64,000 nt of DNA from Massalongia carnosa (GCA_965645245.1 OZ287073.1:2418001-2482000); one strand, 5' to 3'. Shown: positions 37,515-49,510, counted from the first letter of the stretch. Numbers and translations: made by a program. The notes: generated by a model from the sequence alone, not told the origin.

Positions 37515-40253
37515 TCATTCGGAGGGCCTCTTCTACCGACGCTAATAATCTGTAGTGTCGTCGCAATCCACATTATTGGCACTTATCCCGACGACATTGG
37601 ATGTAGGAAGTCGGATGCAGGCGACCCTGAGGAAAACTATGTGAATTGGCTCCGGGACTTACACAAGTTGCTGGCTCTGATGTCGGATGCATGGATTATG
37701 CGATGGCAATATGAAATCAAGTGAAGGATAATCAACTCAAGGAAGTGTGGAAAGAGAGGTGTGAAGGCAGAAGTAGGAGGAGAGAAGGAAGGAGCAGAGG
37801 AGAAGTAAACAATGACAGGCGAGATGAGATTGAAGATGTTATTTTCACAATTTGATATCAAAGAAGAATCGCGAAGTATTATTCATTTCGCGTATACGCT
37901 GACATCTCTCTCTCATTTTGCATGCGGAAAGGGTTTGTTCCTGATGAACGATGCCGGCGTTTCGGCGAGAGGGATAGAAGACAACCTATACCGACTGTTG
38001 AACAAAAACCAACCAGGCATACGGCAGCGGGATACAGGAGAAGAGGGTCTAGGGCTATCAAGGATAGGCAAAGAGAAGTGTTTGGCAAACGTGATGCAGG
38101 TACTCCGTATTTCCAGTGAAGATACTCCAAATTTAGCTATCTGCTGAACTGAATTCTGAACGACTGAATAGCTAAATTACATGAGGAATCACGGCCTCTT
38201 TATACTGCTTGAAGGCCTTCATCTCGGCCTAACGTAATTCACCGCTATTCGGAACACCCGCTTCTTCGGAACTAACAAATTTGATACCAACCTTCGTAAT
38301 TTATTATCACCGCCGCATCCACAAAACTTCCAGCACATATACTCGGGAATTGATGAACAGGTTCTAGAGAATATATGTAGGCATAAGCCTGTAGAGCTAC
38401 AATTTACGAGTGTTACGAATGACACGACCGCGCGAGCTAACCCGAACCTCTAAAACTTCCTCCTTCTCCCCATTTCCTACTATTTCCACATCACCCTGTA
38501 CCAACTCAGTGGTATATTTCTTTCTTGATATACATTTTCCTTTATTCAGAGCAGTTTTTTTAAACCCTAGGTCACCCTCAACTGTCTCCTCAAAAATATG
38601 AGGTATTATGTGAAGAAGGTCGTGAAAAGCGTTTTGAAAGATAGAATCGTCTCGTTGCTTATTTTTAGGTAAAGATCGAGACGTTACGAGATAAGGCCCG
38701 TATATCAGGTCGGGTCCAAGTCGCATTAGGTCTTTAGATACCTGAGAAAATAGTCGATCGTTCTGTTTTTCTTTCCTTACCTGTGATCTAGCCTCTTTCT
38801 CCTTTTTCTTATTTTCAGCTAGTTGTCTTCTTTTCTCTACATCTTCTAAACTCAATAAGCGAGCCCCTTGACCATCGTATTGAGTGCCCGTACGTTGAGC
38901 TCGTTGTTTTTTTCGTGTATTGGCTGCCAAAAGCTCCGTATTAGTACGATTCAAGACAATACGATCAGCCATAGCAAGTCTAGCTGCTTTAAGGGTTTTT
39001 GTAGAATAGTAAGCTTAGGGGAATCGAGAGTCTGATGGCGAAATAGTAGTATATGCTCCTCAACCTCTGAGACTTGTTCTATGTTTCCTGGTGTTGGTGG
39101 TATTTGGCCTGAAAGATAACGCGTTTGAATAGGAGTACTAGCATCAGGTAGAGTGTCATCGTTCGTATGAGGCTTAGCTGATATTTTGTCTAAGAGAGCG
39201 GAAGGATTGTATGGAATAAGTCCAGTAGCTCGCCATGCTGATTGTATATTTCGAGCAGTAATACCTTGTTGCCTAGCTTTTTGTATTAAAGAAATGAAAT
39301 CAGCCTTGTCGATATTGTAGGTTGTAAACCATGTTTTCTCAGCTAGCAACGTTTTATAGTTTTGTTTTAAAGGGTCAAATACCCCAACATCAAGAGGCTG
39401 TAATAAGTGTGTTGAGTGTGCTGATAGACATAGACAAACTATTTTATGTTCCCGGGTAAATCGGATAAATTCAGTCGACACATGAGATGCATGCCCGTCA
39501 ACAATTAACATTCGATATTTACCACGGAGGTAAGCTCTTGTTGTTGGCTCAAAACAGTCACGCATCCACTCCATACAGAGCTTGTTATTAGTCCAGCCGT
39601 TTTCACTTATGGAAATACGAGTACCCGGTTCCATATTACTAGGATACCAATCATCTTTCCATCTCTTACCCTTTAAAATAACAAATAACGGTAATCGACG
39701 ACCAGTGGTACCAATAGCTTCAATGAGGGACGCCCATTCCCGATTACCAGCTTGATTTATAAATGCCTGTTTCTATTATTTTGAAAATATCACCTTTGAA
39801 CTCCCCGCAATACCCATCATATAACCGTTTTCATCCATGTTGTATGTATCCTCGTCCAATATACCATGTTGGGCCTTAATAGACAGATACAGATCGAACC
39901 ACTGCTGTAATGAATCCCGATTTTGAGCTAAATACCGTTCTTGATCAAGCGTACGGCTATATTTCGACTGTATTATAGGATGACGGTTGAGGAATTTTTC
40001 TGACCAGTTTTTGCCCAGTTCTTTCAAATCCTGTTTGGCTCGTAATAATTCTTCTGCCATTTCGCGTAACTGCGCTATTCTAGGCGGAAATCCCTAAGAC
40101 TGAAGTTGTAGCACCCAACTCTGAAGAGATCCTCCTCCTCGGGCATTAACCTCTGCTTTGAGGTAACGTACGATACCTGGTCCTGGCGACCGTTTATCCT
40201 GCGATACAATGTTGTTTTCGGTACCGCATGGAGCCAAGCAGCTTGCGTAATAG

Positions 40254-40944
40254 CTAGTTCGTGTCAATCTCGTTATATTGCTACTAAGTATGTTTGGGCT
40301 ATTGCTCACAGCCCCCGGCCTCGAGAGGGGGACTCGATAAGGGCCTTGCTGTCTACTAATGTAAGACCCTCTCGCAGGCCTTGGGCTGTGAACAGACTCC
40401 CTCTATCTAAGCGACAGAAGAACTGGAGTGGGTGGGTGGGAAAGAAAACGTTGCAAACAGTGCTATCAAAATGCTATGCTTTTTGATTGTCTTGAGATGT
40501 GAGATGATGAGGGATACCGTCTGGGACCTCCTCTTTATATATCTTCTTCCTATTCTCCTTGTCCTACTCTACCATCCCAGTATGCCCCATCAACGCGGCC
40601 CATAGCAAGGCATACACAAATCCGAAACCTAACTGTCGTCCGAAGGATCGATGCGGTGCTAAGATCTCTATGCCGTGCTGAGACATCCTTATGGTGCTGA
40701 GACATCTATGCCGTCCGAGAGATCCATGCGGTGCCGAAATCAAAGCGGGAGCTGTCTCGATTAACGACGCACTAGCTCTCAGCATAGCCGAACTAGCTAG
40801 TTCGTGTCAATCTCGTTATATTGCTACTAAGTATGTTTGGGCTATTGCTCACAGCCCCCGGCCTCGAGAGGGGGACTCGATAAGGGCCTTGCTGTCTACT
40901 AATGTAAGACCCTCTCGCAGGCCTTGGGCTGTGAACAGACTCCC
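40254..40944 (-). repeat. Ngaro 3' repeat block B1-A2-B2
   Basis: Copies identical by eye; the B1/A2 junction is the palindrome CGAACTAGCTAGTTCG (40789-40804). Confidence 0.95.
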
Positions 40945-40980
40945 AATCCCCAACATGGAACGACCCGCTTGCGGTGTTGT

Positions 40981-42023
40981 TCAGGACCTAGTGACTGGAT
41001 TGTGAGGTTCCGTGGGTAATGTTTGAAGGCGTTTTGAGGCGTTAAGAAGGTAAGTGGGGTGGGTTTGTATGTAAAGCTTGTATGCGTCTGACTTCCATCT
41101 TCCTAGCATCTGAATCTCGTCTTCGGTGAGTCCTGCCCGTCGCGCTGTTGTTGCCGCACCTCTTCTGAACGAGTGGCCAGAGAAATTTCCTATATAGCCC
41201 AAGTTCCTTAAGGTGGATTTCATCGCTGTTGTAATGTAGTCTCGAGTGAAGGACTGACCGTTTTTAAAGAGTGGTGCGGCCGGAGAACTTGGGAATCGCC
41301 TATATAAATTTGTAAGAGAAGCTAGTGCACAAGCAACATCGTTGGTAGCCGCAATTGTCAGTGTTATGCCTCGGCGAAAGGGATCGGTTTTGGAGACTGG
41401 TAGAGAGAGCTGTAGGTGATCTGCTTCGAACCTAATAGATTTTCTGGTGAGGTGCCATTGATCAAAGCTTGGGTCTAGTACATCTTGCGTTGTGTAAGTA
41501 AATTCTCCGGCTCGTAAGAAGCCTGCAAACGCTAAGCAGTACGCCGCATGTAAATTTGCGCCTTTCTCTTTCGTTTGATCAAGACGACTTAGCAATTTGA
41601 TTAAGATCTCTCTAGTAATTGGTAACCTTTCACGTTTCTCGGCTTCACCGTTCTTTCGCTTTATGCCAGTAAGGATGCGATCTAACACCGGGTGATGAAA
41701 TACGTCGAGATTACCGAGGCCCATATCTATCTGGCATGATCTTATGCCCGTCAAGTAGCTCTTAATAGTTTTTGGTTGCAGGCGTCGTTCACCCAACGCT
41801 GCGATCCACGAAGACAGCGTCCGGATGTTGGCTGGAAATGGTGGCGCGTTGAGGTTTACCCTACAGTAAAGAACGTATCCCTTTCTTGCCGTTGTGTATA
41901 AAGATCTTGTCTTAGTGGCCAGGCCCCACCAGAGGTATCGTGCTGCGATTTCGTCTAGAGGTACCTCACTGTACCAAGATGGGGGTGGATCGCGTCCTAT
42001 ATTGCTGAGGGTAGAGCCTGAAA
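40981..42023 (-). CDS. Ngaro tyrosine recombinase (frame open from ~42036; no N-terminal ATG)
   Basis: AARYLWWGLATKTRSLY...FAGFLRAGEF...SKTD...SGHSFRRGAAT...GRWKSDAYKLY catalytic motifs. Confidence 0.92.
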
Positions 42024-43613
42024 CTGAGGGATTTTGTCAGCCAGTTTCTTCAAAAGTCCTCTAGACAAGAGATCAGCAATATAATTTTCTTTGGATGATA
42101 TCCATCGCGCTTCTATCTGGATATCATGTAATGCAGCTAGCATTGTAATTGCCCGCAGGGCATGCATTGCTTGGCCTCGTATAGAGGTTTTATTCACTCC
42201 TTTCGTGACAGCGTAGCTATCACAATAGAGGATTAAATGACTACCCTTGCATATAGGTAGCCACTTTTTCATAGCTTGAAGAATTGCTGTCATTTCTTTG
42301 ACGTTGATATGCTTTGCCCTAAGGCGCGTAGTAAAGCGTGTGCTAAAAGCCTGCCGGGCTGCTTGTATATTATGCAAATTTTGATCCTCGCTGAGGATAA
42401 AGCCGCCCATACCATATGAGCCGGACGCATCTGTCCATATTCTCATAGTATGTCTAGTACGGTTGAGCAGATGTATGCCATTCCATTTAGGTAGGAAATG
42501 ATGCCACCATAGAAGATCAGCCCTCATGTCCTTGTTAAGATGGATTAGTTTAGAGGTTACGCTTGCCGTAGCATTGAAAAGACGGCGTAGAAAGGCTCTT
42601 CCTGGTTTTACCACTCTGGCTGCAAAGCATAAGAATCCTAGAAGAGAGTCGAGTTCCTTCCTGGGTATGGCTTTTTTATTCAAAGCTGCCGATACTAGGG
42701 TCTTTGCTTTTAGTAACTTTTCGGAAGGCAAGCGTGCTTCCATGAGCGCGGTATCGATTTCAATGCCGAGGAAATCGCAAGTCGTTCCAGTTCTGTTCTT
42801 TTCGAGCTTGATTTTCATGCCAAGATCTTTACAAATGTTGTGGAAAACTTGATCAAACTTTTCAGCATCTGGTCCGGTGCTGACTATTATTAAAAAATCA
42901 TCCAAGTAATGAATAGCGTCTTTCCAACCACAGTTGTACAATATCCAGTTGATACCCTTCGCGAACAGATCAAAAAGGAACGGCGACGTTCTCAGCCCAA
43001 AGGGTAAGTATTTATCCATCCAAAAGGAATCCTGCCACTTGAAACCTAGTAACCACCAATCGCTTTTTGCTACTGGTATGTGGCGAAAAGCGTCCGCAAA
43101 GTCTCTTTTAATAAGAATACACCCTGGCCCGCGTTGCTCAATCAACCTAATGGCTTCGTCGAAGCTGGTATATTCCAGGGAGCCCCAGTCTTCCGGTATG
43201 TGGTCGTTGACTGAGCTACTCTCCGGATACGATAGATGATGGATTCGCCGCCAACCACCGTTAGCCTTTGGTACAAGGCCTAATGGGGAACATATAAAGC
43301 AAGAAGGAATGTTGTTGACTTTCTCCAACCGATTACTAGCTATTTGTTCTTCGAGGTCATTGGTAAGAACTTCCCGTGCCTCATTTGCAGAGGCAAGATT
43401 ATCGCTAATAATGAGTTGATGTGGTCCTGTATAACCAACTTTGGCACCGTAGGTGATGATATCGATAATTGTTTGTGTGTAAGTGCGATCCGGGTGATTG
43501 GCCAAATGTTTCTCCCAGCCTTCTTTCTTCAATGGGCCCGGTGGGATCTTTGTTAGATTGTCCGTCAAGGTGTATGGAAAGGACTCCGCGATGGATAAGA
43601 ATGGGGCGGTTAG
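41997..43613 (-). CDS. pol: Ngaro reverse transcriptase-RNase H, in frame behind the gag stop
   Basis: SPLGLVPK, WRRIHHLS, DFADAF, LPFGLRTSP, HYLDDF, WTDASG, HINVKE, NYIADLLSR. Confidence 0.95.
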   Translation of the reverse strand, partial: LTAPFLSIAESFPYTLTDNLTKIPPGPLKKEGWEKHLANHPDRTYTQTIIDIITYGAKVGYTGPHQLIISDNLASANEAREVLTNDLEEQIASNRLEKVNNIPSCFICSPLGLVPKANGGWRRIHHLSYPESSSVNDHIPEDWGSLEYTSFDEAIRLIEQRGPGCILIKRDFADAFRHIPVAKSDWWLLGFKWQDSFWMDKYLPFGLRTSPFLFDLFAKGINWILYNCGWKDAIHYLDDFLIIVSTGPDAEKFDQVFHNICKDLGMKIKLEKNRTGTTCDFLGIEIDTALMEARLPSEKLLKAKTLVSAALNKKAIPRKELDSLLGFLCFAARVVKPGRAFLRRLFNATASVTSKLIHLNKDMRADLLWWHHFLPKWNGIHLLNRTRHTMRIWTDASGSYGMGGFILSEDQNLHNIQAARQAFSTRFTTRLRAKHINVKEMTAILQAMKKWLPICKGSHLILYCDSYAVTKGVNKTSIRGQAMHALRAITMLAALHDIQIEARWISSKENYIADLLSRGLLKKLADKIPQFQALPSAI

Positions 43614-44768
43614 TCATTGCCTTGATGGGAGAGGCATCGAATTTGGGTTAGAGGGTTGATTTTTTCCATTTGTACAGTCCATCGCCCGATGTTGCTTTCC
43701 ACATTTCTCACACACATGTTGGAATCTACAATATACGGGACAGTCTTTGCCATAGTTGTATTTCTTACAGATAATCTTTTCGCCTGAGGTTTTGAAAGCC
43801 GTAGAATTATCGTCCGGTTTTGCAAAGTAAGCGGACGGTTTCCGCACAAGATGCCTTTCCAAGGAATGGTCCATTTCTTTCCATCCATCCGGGTTGTCAA
43901 TCCCGCGAAAGGCTCGAGATTTGTGGAAATTCAAATGAAAGATGCGAACCGAGTCCCAGGTGTAGAAGGCGTATAATGATAGAAGATGGTCCTGATAAGC
44001 CATGAAGGCTCTCATCAGGTTTATCTGGAGACCGGGGTGTGCAAAGTGTAGTAGTATCATCCAATATACCCCGAGACATCGTATCAAATGAACTATCCCT
44101 TTGATATCTTTTAAGGAGCCATCTTCTTCTCTCGTGGCGATTTCCAGACCTTCTCCGAGTTTGACGTATCTAGAGTTGGTTTGAACTCCGTCGATGTCGG
44201 TACATAGCTTGGTAATGTTGATTGGGTCAAACGTATTCTCGGAGATTTGCTTTATCCATATGGGCTTGATAGTGGGATATTCGTTCATAAGAGAAACAAA
44301 ACGAGGATCCATACCTTCTGTATACAATGAGTTTGGTCGATGCGGTGGAAATGATGTCGGAAATAATAGGGAAGGCTGTTGAGCTGAGGCTACTGGCCCA
44401 GGGACCACGTCTCGGGCACGTGCTTGTTGGGTTTCGATATCCCGCCTAAGACTTACTCTTTCTCTTTCCTCGGCTTCCCTGCGGGACATTTCGCGTTGTG
44501 CTCTAAGTTCAATAATGTCATCAGGGGTGCGAGAACGGGTTTCCGGTATAACAGGCCCTTGTGAGGAGGAATTAAACGCTGAAGATGGAAGAGGAGAAGG
44601 TTGAGGATGGCTTTGAAGGGTTGCCGTGCTGTCTTGTGAGTCGGGTACTTCGACGTCTGGGTTGGAGTTGGCTAGATTTGCCCTAGCTCTAGTTCTAGTA
44701 CGGGCTAGAGTGCTGCCTTGTGTGCGGGAGGTAGGCTTGGTGATTCTGTTGGAGATGCGGGTGGCCAT
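43614..44768 (-). CDS. gag: Ngaro gag-like protein
   Basis: ATG at 44768 (MATRISNR); C-terminal ICKKYNYGKDC...CRFQHVCEKCGKQHRAMDC zinc finger. Confidence 0.88.
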   Translation of the reverse strand: MATRISNRITKPTSRTQGSTLARTRTRARANLANSNPDVEVPDSQDSTATLQSHPQPSPLPSSAFNSSSQGPVIPETRSRTPDDIIELRAQREMSRREAEERERVSLRRDIETQQARARDVVPGPVASAQQPSLLFPTSFPPHRPNSLYTEGMDPRFVSLMNEYPTIKPIWIKQISENTFDPINITKLCTDIDGVQTNSRYVKLGEGLEIATREEDGSLKDIKGIVHLIRCLGVYWMILLHFAHPGLQINLMRAFMAYQDHLLSLYAFYTWDSVRIFHLNFHKSRAFRGIDNPDGWKEMDHSLERHLVRKPSAYFAKPDDNSTAFKTSGEKIICKKYNYGKDCPVYCRFQHVCEKCGKQHRAMDCTNGKNQPSNPNSMPLPSRQ

Positions 44769-44836
44769 TTTTGGAGGAGAGGGATTTGAATAGAGTAAAT
44801 TTAAGTGTAGTGGTTGTATAAATTTGAATTGGGTGA

Positions 44837-45192
44837 AAAGAAAACGTTGCAAACAGTGCTATCAAAATGCTATGCTTTTTGATTGTCTTGAGATGTGAGA
44901 TGATGAGGGATACCGTCTGGGACCTCCTCTTTATATATCTTCTTCCTATTCTCCTTGTCCTACTCTACCATCCCAGTATGCCCCATCAACGCGGCCCATA
45001 GCAAGGCATACACAAATCCGAAACCTAACTGTCGTCCGAAGGATCGATGCGGTGCTAAGATCTCTATGCCGTGCTGAGACATCCTTATGGTGCTGAGACA
45101 TCTATGCCGTCCGAGAGATCCATGCGGTGCCGAAATCAAAGCGGGAGCTGTCTCGATTAACGACGCACTAGCTCTCAGCATAGCCGAACTAG
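44837..45192 (-). repeat. Ngaro 5' repeat A1 (putative promoter)
   Basis: Identical to 40441-40796; TATATAAAG on the minus strand near 44930-44938. Confidence 0.9.
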
Positions 45193-45266
45193 ATAACGAC
45201 CCTTCTGCCTCCTCATAGACCTTAAAAGCCTGTTTTAAACGTTCTCTAATCTCGTCTTTCAAGGTA

Positions 45267-48243
45267 CAGTCAGATCGGGTTATAAGAAACTGCTGCTTAA
45301 GAAACCTCGGCTAGTAAGAAACTCGGACGAAAAGACCGGTTTTTTTTTGGTGAGGGATAAGAAACCTCGCTCTATTAGAAAGTTTATTAACTTTCTCTAA
45401 AAATTTTGCGGTGGTTTCTTATAGTAAATATGACTTCTCCTTCGACTTCTTTGAGATATAATAGTCAAAATTCGGAGATTCCATCTCCTTCATCTCGAAA
45501 TCCTCGAAAACGTCCTACATCCCCGCTTTCTCCCAGAGAGAGAAGCAGAAAAAAGCGTGACGCCTTTACCGACGATCAACGACGAGCATTACGACAGCGT
45601 TACCAAGATCCTGCTGTATCTGGAGATGACAAGAAATACGAAAATCTGGCCGTTTGGTTTGACAATCTTTACCGTCATAAAATTGACAAAGGACAAGTTT
45701 CCAAAATCCTCTCACATAAATGGGCTCATCTGGATACATCTCACGCATTGCTACGCCCGAATCTGAAGAAAACTCGAACTGCACATTGGCCTGAATTAGA
45801 AACGGCCTTATTTGAGTGGCAACAGCGCATGCAACGCAAAAGAGCGCCTTTGTCGGGCGATTTGTTAAGAGAAATGGCCTTGAAATTTTGGAAACGATTG
45901 CCTCTGTACCGTAATCAACCACCTCCCAGGTTCTCTATTGGATGGCTGGATTCTTTCAAAAGAAGATACAAGATTACAAAACATAGACAACACGGCGAGC
46001 TCGGTTCCGTCAAGCGTGTGGAGGTTGAAGAAGAGTGTAATGGGCTACGAGACCAGTAAGCTTATCACGAGCGACACTGATCTCGAAAGGGGAAATGCTC
46101 AGCGTGAGAGGTGGAAGATAGCTACTACGTGCTGGTCTCCGAAAGTATACGTGATCCAAAGAACTAATGGATGTGGAAGTGCTTAGACCAAGAGATCTCG
46201 TCCGAGACCCAAACGTAGGTTGTTCATAGAATAAAGACTAATTGCTAACGAATACTACAGGATTCGTTCTGGTATTTATCCTACTCACCCCAAGCCTATA
46301 GCCTTGGGAGCTTTGGAACCTTTAGGAGCCTTGCAACCCACTTCTGACCTTATCGCCTTACATCCTGTTGAAACACCAGGCTATTGATCATGAAACGGAA
46401 GTAGGGCAAATAAGAAGCATACATGTCATTGAGGGTTATTATCTATGTGGGCTATCTACCTGCTTTTATAGCAGTCACACTGCAGTAATGCTGTAGGCTT
46501 CCCATAGCTGCCTGTTAGGCACCTCCATAGGTGCCTGGTAGACACCCGTGTGACTCACGATGGATGCCTATATTGATGGTAGCCTGACCATCTAACCAAT
46601 GGTAGCCTCACCATCTAACAATATATTCCGTTTTGCCTCCCTTAGCTGGCAGATGGATGACATCTCGAATGATTAGTGATGTGTTGCCACGGCCGAAATA
46701 ACCCTTAGTGCTTGATCCGCATTCGGTTAGTGCTCTTATTAATAAGCAGACATCTCGGCTCAATTCTCAACACATCCAACCATCCCTCAGGATCCATCTA
46801 CGAACTCGGCGTTCGCTGGATCATCTAGTCAGCCTCGAGCAGCCTTCTAGACCTTCCCTTGCAAGGTAGAACACTTCTACCTCCGGCTAGTGTTGGTTAG
46901 ATTGGGTTCTGGAATGATCAACCAGCTTTCTCTAAGACTCTCCACGCAGTAAATAAGGTGAGAGACAGACTGGAAATAGGCTTGAAGTGATAAACTATGT
47001 AATGACTGACTAGCTAATTTACAGAGAGAAGATACAGCTATTATATAGAAGTTGAGACTACCTCAATTCCTCCTATTTGCAATGACTCCTCCGAGCTCAT
47101 CGTATTACCCGTGATTGGTAATGTCCAGCTTACTCTCTGACTCATATTGCCACATAGAAGTATCTCGATGATACTTGCTTAAGCTTTCATAGCTAAGCGC
47201 TTGATATTGAATGTGGCGTTGATACTAATCAACTGTGACAATCAAGGGGCAACGGCACAGCTCAGGATAAGATTACCCAATTAGGCATAGACTTAATGCC
47301 GTGGCGGATGAGGCGGATGAGGCGAAAAGCACGTTGCATGAGGTCATGTCAACAACCTCGTCAATTAGCAACAGCTAGATCCCTCACTACATTGCTAGCC
47401 TGCCTCTAAACATAAAATCTAGACGCCGAGGCTATGTAGCTTCATTTCGCCGTCACCACTACCAACGTAGCGATGGAAGGTTACCTCCGACTGAATCTCT
47501 ATCTACACTGCGGACCTGCCTCTAGACACAAGGTCTAGACCACAAGGTAGGGAGCCGTTAAAAACCATCAACGTACTGCTGGCAATACGTTGGTGCATAG
47601 CTGCCTGTAATTACGGTGTTACTTAGTTAACTATCTCTAATTGTTGGCTGAAATCACGTGTAATCGGGGCAAAATATGGGCCAATGACTCGAGAAGAGGC
47701 GAAGAAATATGGCTATCTCAATGAGACTCGGGCGCAAGAGCAAGAAACGGAGCAACGATTACAGATAAAAGCTACAATACGGCGTTTGGAAGACCGTAGT
47801 CATATACAAAGCGCCATGCATATTGGCGAATTTCTGAACCCTGTTGAAGAGGTGGTAGAGGATACCGAAGAGGATTTGGAGGATCACATCGTTGCTATAT
47901 ATGGTGGCCATGAAAGGGAATACGAGACGGAGGAGGAGGAGGTCATTGTATCACGTGTCCAAAACAAGGACGCTCTACGAGCTCGTGAAACGTTACGGTT
48001 ATATGAGGAGCAACGAGAGGTCGGTGACGATGATTTGATACGTCGTCTGAATCGTAAAGAGTGGGATATCAGGACCTCAATGGCGGTTAGCTCTAGTCAA
48101 GCTGTAATGACGGATTTCTTTGCCATTAGGTAGTCGATAGGTATAGTCTTGAAAATATGCCAAGAATTTTGATATTAGAAACCTCGCTTAATAAGAAACC
48201 TAGGTGCTACGATTTTGGAGTTTCTTATAACCCGATCTGACTG
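45267..48243 (+). mobile_element. pogo/Tigger-like (CENP-B-type) DNA transposon, internally disrupted
   Basis: 25-bp TIR CAGTCAGATCGGGTTATAAGAAACT; TA TSD; HTH ORF 45430-46059 (WPELETALFEW, FSIGWLDSFKRR); C-terminal piece 47684-48133; DDE core not seen. Confidence 0.9.
46063..47550. mobile_element. Cluster of LTR-like remnants inside the Tigger-like element
   Basis: Family D-like copy ~46382-46620 ending CCATCTAACA; TGTTGGTTAG...CTAATCAAC ~46891-47233; no long ORF. Confidence 0.55.
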
Positions 48244-49046
48244 TATTACGCAATCCCGATTTTGTAACTCGAAACTGCCGGGAAGAAGCCATTTCAGCGA
48301 TGTAATTTATCGATAATCAGCTATTATAATAATTATAATACCCTTTGCCTTATTATATCAATTTTAGGGTTTTCTTCAATCAGTTATAGAAAAGACAATG
48401 GTTGAAAGTAAGTTTCGTGGTTTTGTTGGTTCCGAATAAGCGGGTGTTCCGAATACAGGTGAATTACGTTATATGAAATGCATGAACATGCTTCCTTTGA
48501 ACTTTTTCAGCTGGGCAAAATACACCTTATTGCTGACCGGAGACACCGAGACACTCAGTGATCATGAACAGCTGAATTGCCTCCGAAATGTAGCATTTTT
48601 GCTGCATACCTTTGCCTCCTCGTAGTTGTTGAAGTCGTGCTGATATGAAATTAGTAAGCAGGAGGCAAAAGAACCTCAGTCGCAGATATTCAGGTATCTC
48701 GGCAAATTCCAATACCGACAATACATCAATCCATAGTTCTAGCTCGAAACGTTGCCATTCATGGGAGACTTGATTCCTGATGGATCCTGGTGTTCTTCTA
48801 GATCGCAACGTGGTCGCCAGAGAACACGCGCACTAGAAGCACGACAACAAATAATCTTCTCTACATGCTGATGACTAAACTAGAATAACTCGACTTTATA
48901 GATGATTACACATGATAGGCCGACATCTCGAACAGCACCATCAAAGTCTCCAGCCGCTGTGTTCCTCCCCATCGAATTTTTCCAATCTCCTGTTTTCAGG
49001 ATAAATGAACAATATCATCCTTGGACACCTCCATCGTTGTCTTCGC

Positions 49047-49510
49047 CTAGGTCGTGGGGATATCCTTGCTAGTTGGATACCAACTGTCCCAAACCCTCAT
49101 ACCCATTCGAAAGTGCCGCTCAATGTGATCATGTCTCTCATTCCAAGCATCCACACCTCGAGATTCTAATTCGATAAGCTTTCTGCAAAACCCACACCAA
49201 AAGCGGTCTTGCCCATTCCGACCCACACGACATGTCAAAGCTTTCTCGTCAATAATCTTCTCATCTTCGACTTGATGCTTCAGTTGCAGATGACTGACAA
49301 AATCCTCGCGACGGTGAAAGATCGCCCTGCATGATTCCATCCTACTCGATAGGCTGTGTTCTTGACAGTGCCACGTTTCGACTCGATAATGCTTCCGATT
49401 CTCGTGGATTTCCCAGTCCTGCCATCTTTGGAAGGTTTCAGAGCAATCAGCGAAAGTGCAGTCGTACTGACAGGTGCGGATGATATCCTGTGGTCTAGAA
49501 TGTCTCAGCT
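49047..49510 (-). pseudogene. C2H2 zinc-finger protein C-terminal module (fragment or diverged duplicate)
   Basis: YDCTFADCSETFQRWQDWEIHENRKH...WHC...CRAIFHRREDFVSHL...RFWCGFC...AWNERHDHIERHF. Confidence 0.65.

Larger units (their letters stand above)
40251..45192 (-). mobile_element. Ngaro-type tyrosine-recombinase retrotransposon (DIRS order), apparently intact
   Basis: Split direct repeats A1-gag-RT/RH-YR-B1-A2-B2; A 356 bp (44837-45192 = 40441-40796), B 148 bp (40797-40944 = 40254-40401); TAG at both ends. Confidence 0.95.
38232..48469 (-). mobile_element. Fot1/pogo-like DNA transposon (~2.3 kb net) hosting the Ngaro and Tigger-like elements
   Basis: TIRs ACGTAATTCACC..TATTCGGAACACCCGCTT; TA TSD; transposase from ATG 48292, pieces 45193-45266, 39776-40250, 38951-39634 (DGHASH, LQPLDV) and 38397-38972. 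Confidence 0.93.

Noticed and set aside
40441..40796. Hammerhead ribozyme in the Ngaro repeats
   Set aside because: No CTGATGA...GAAA core seen on either strand, only short imperfect ~18-nt repeats; a covariance-model search would be needed to exclude variants
40564..41005. ORFs 40564-40785, 40691-41005 and 44960-45262
   Set aside because: They span terminal repeats or element-host junctions and are chimeric readings
40981..42023. Starship captain or Crypton recombinase
   Set aside because: The YR is short and embedded with gag, RT/RH and split direct repeats, which defines an Ngaro retroelement
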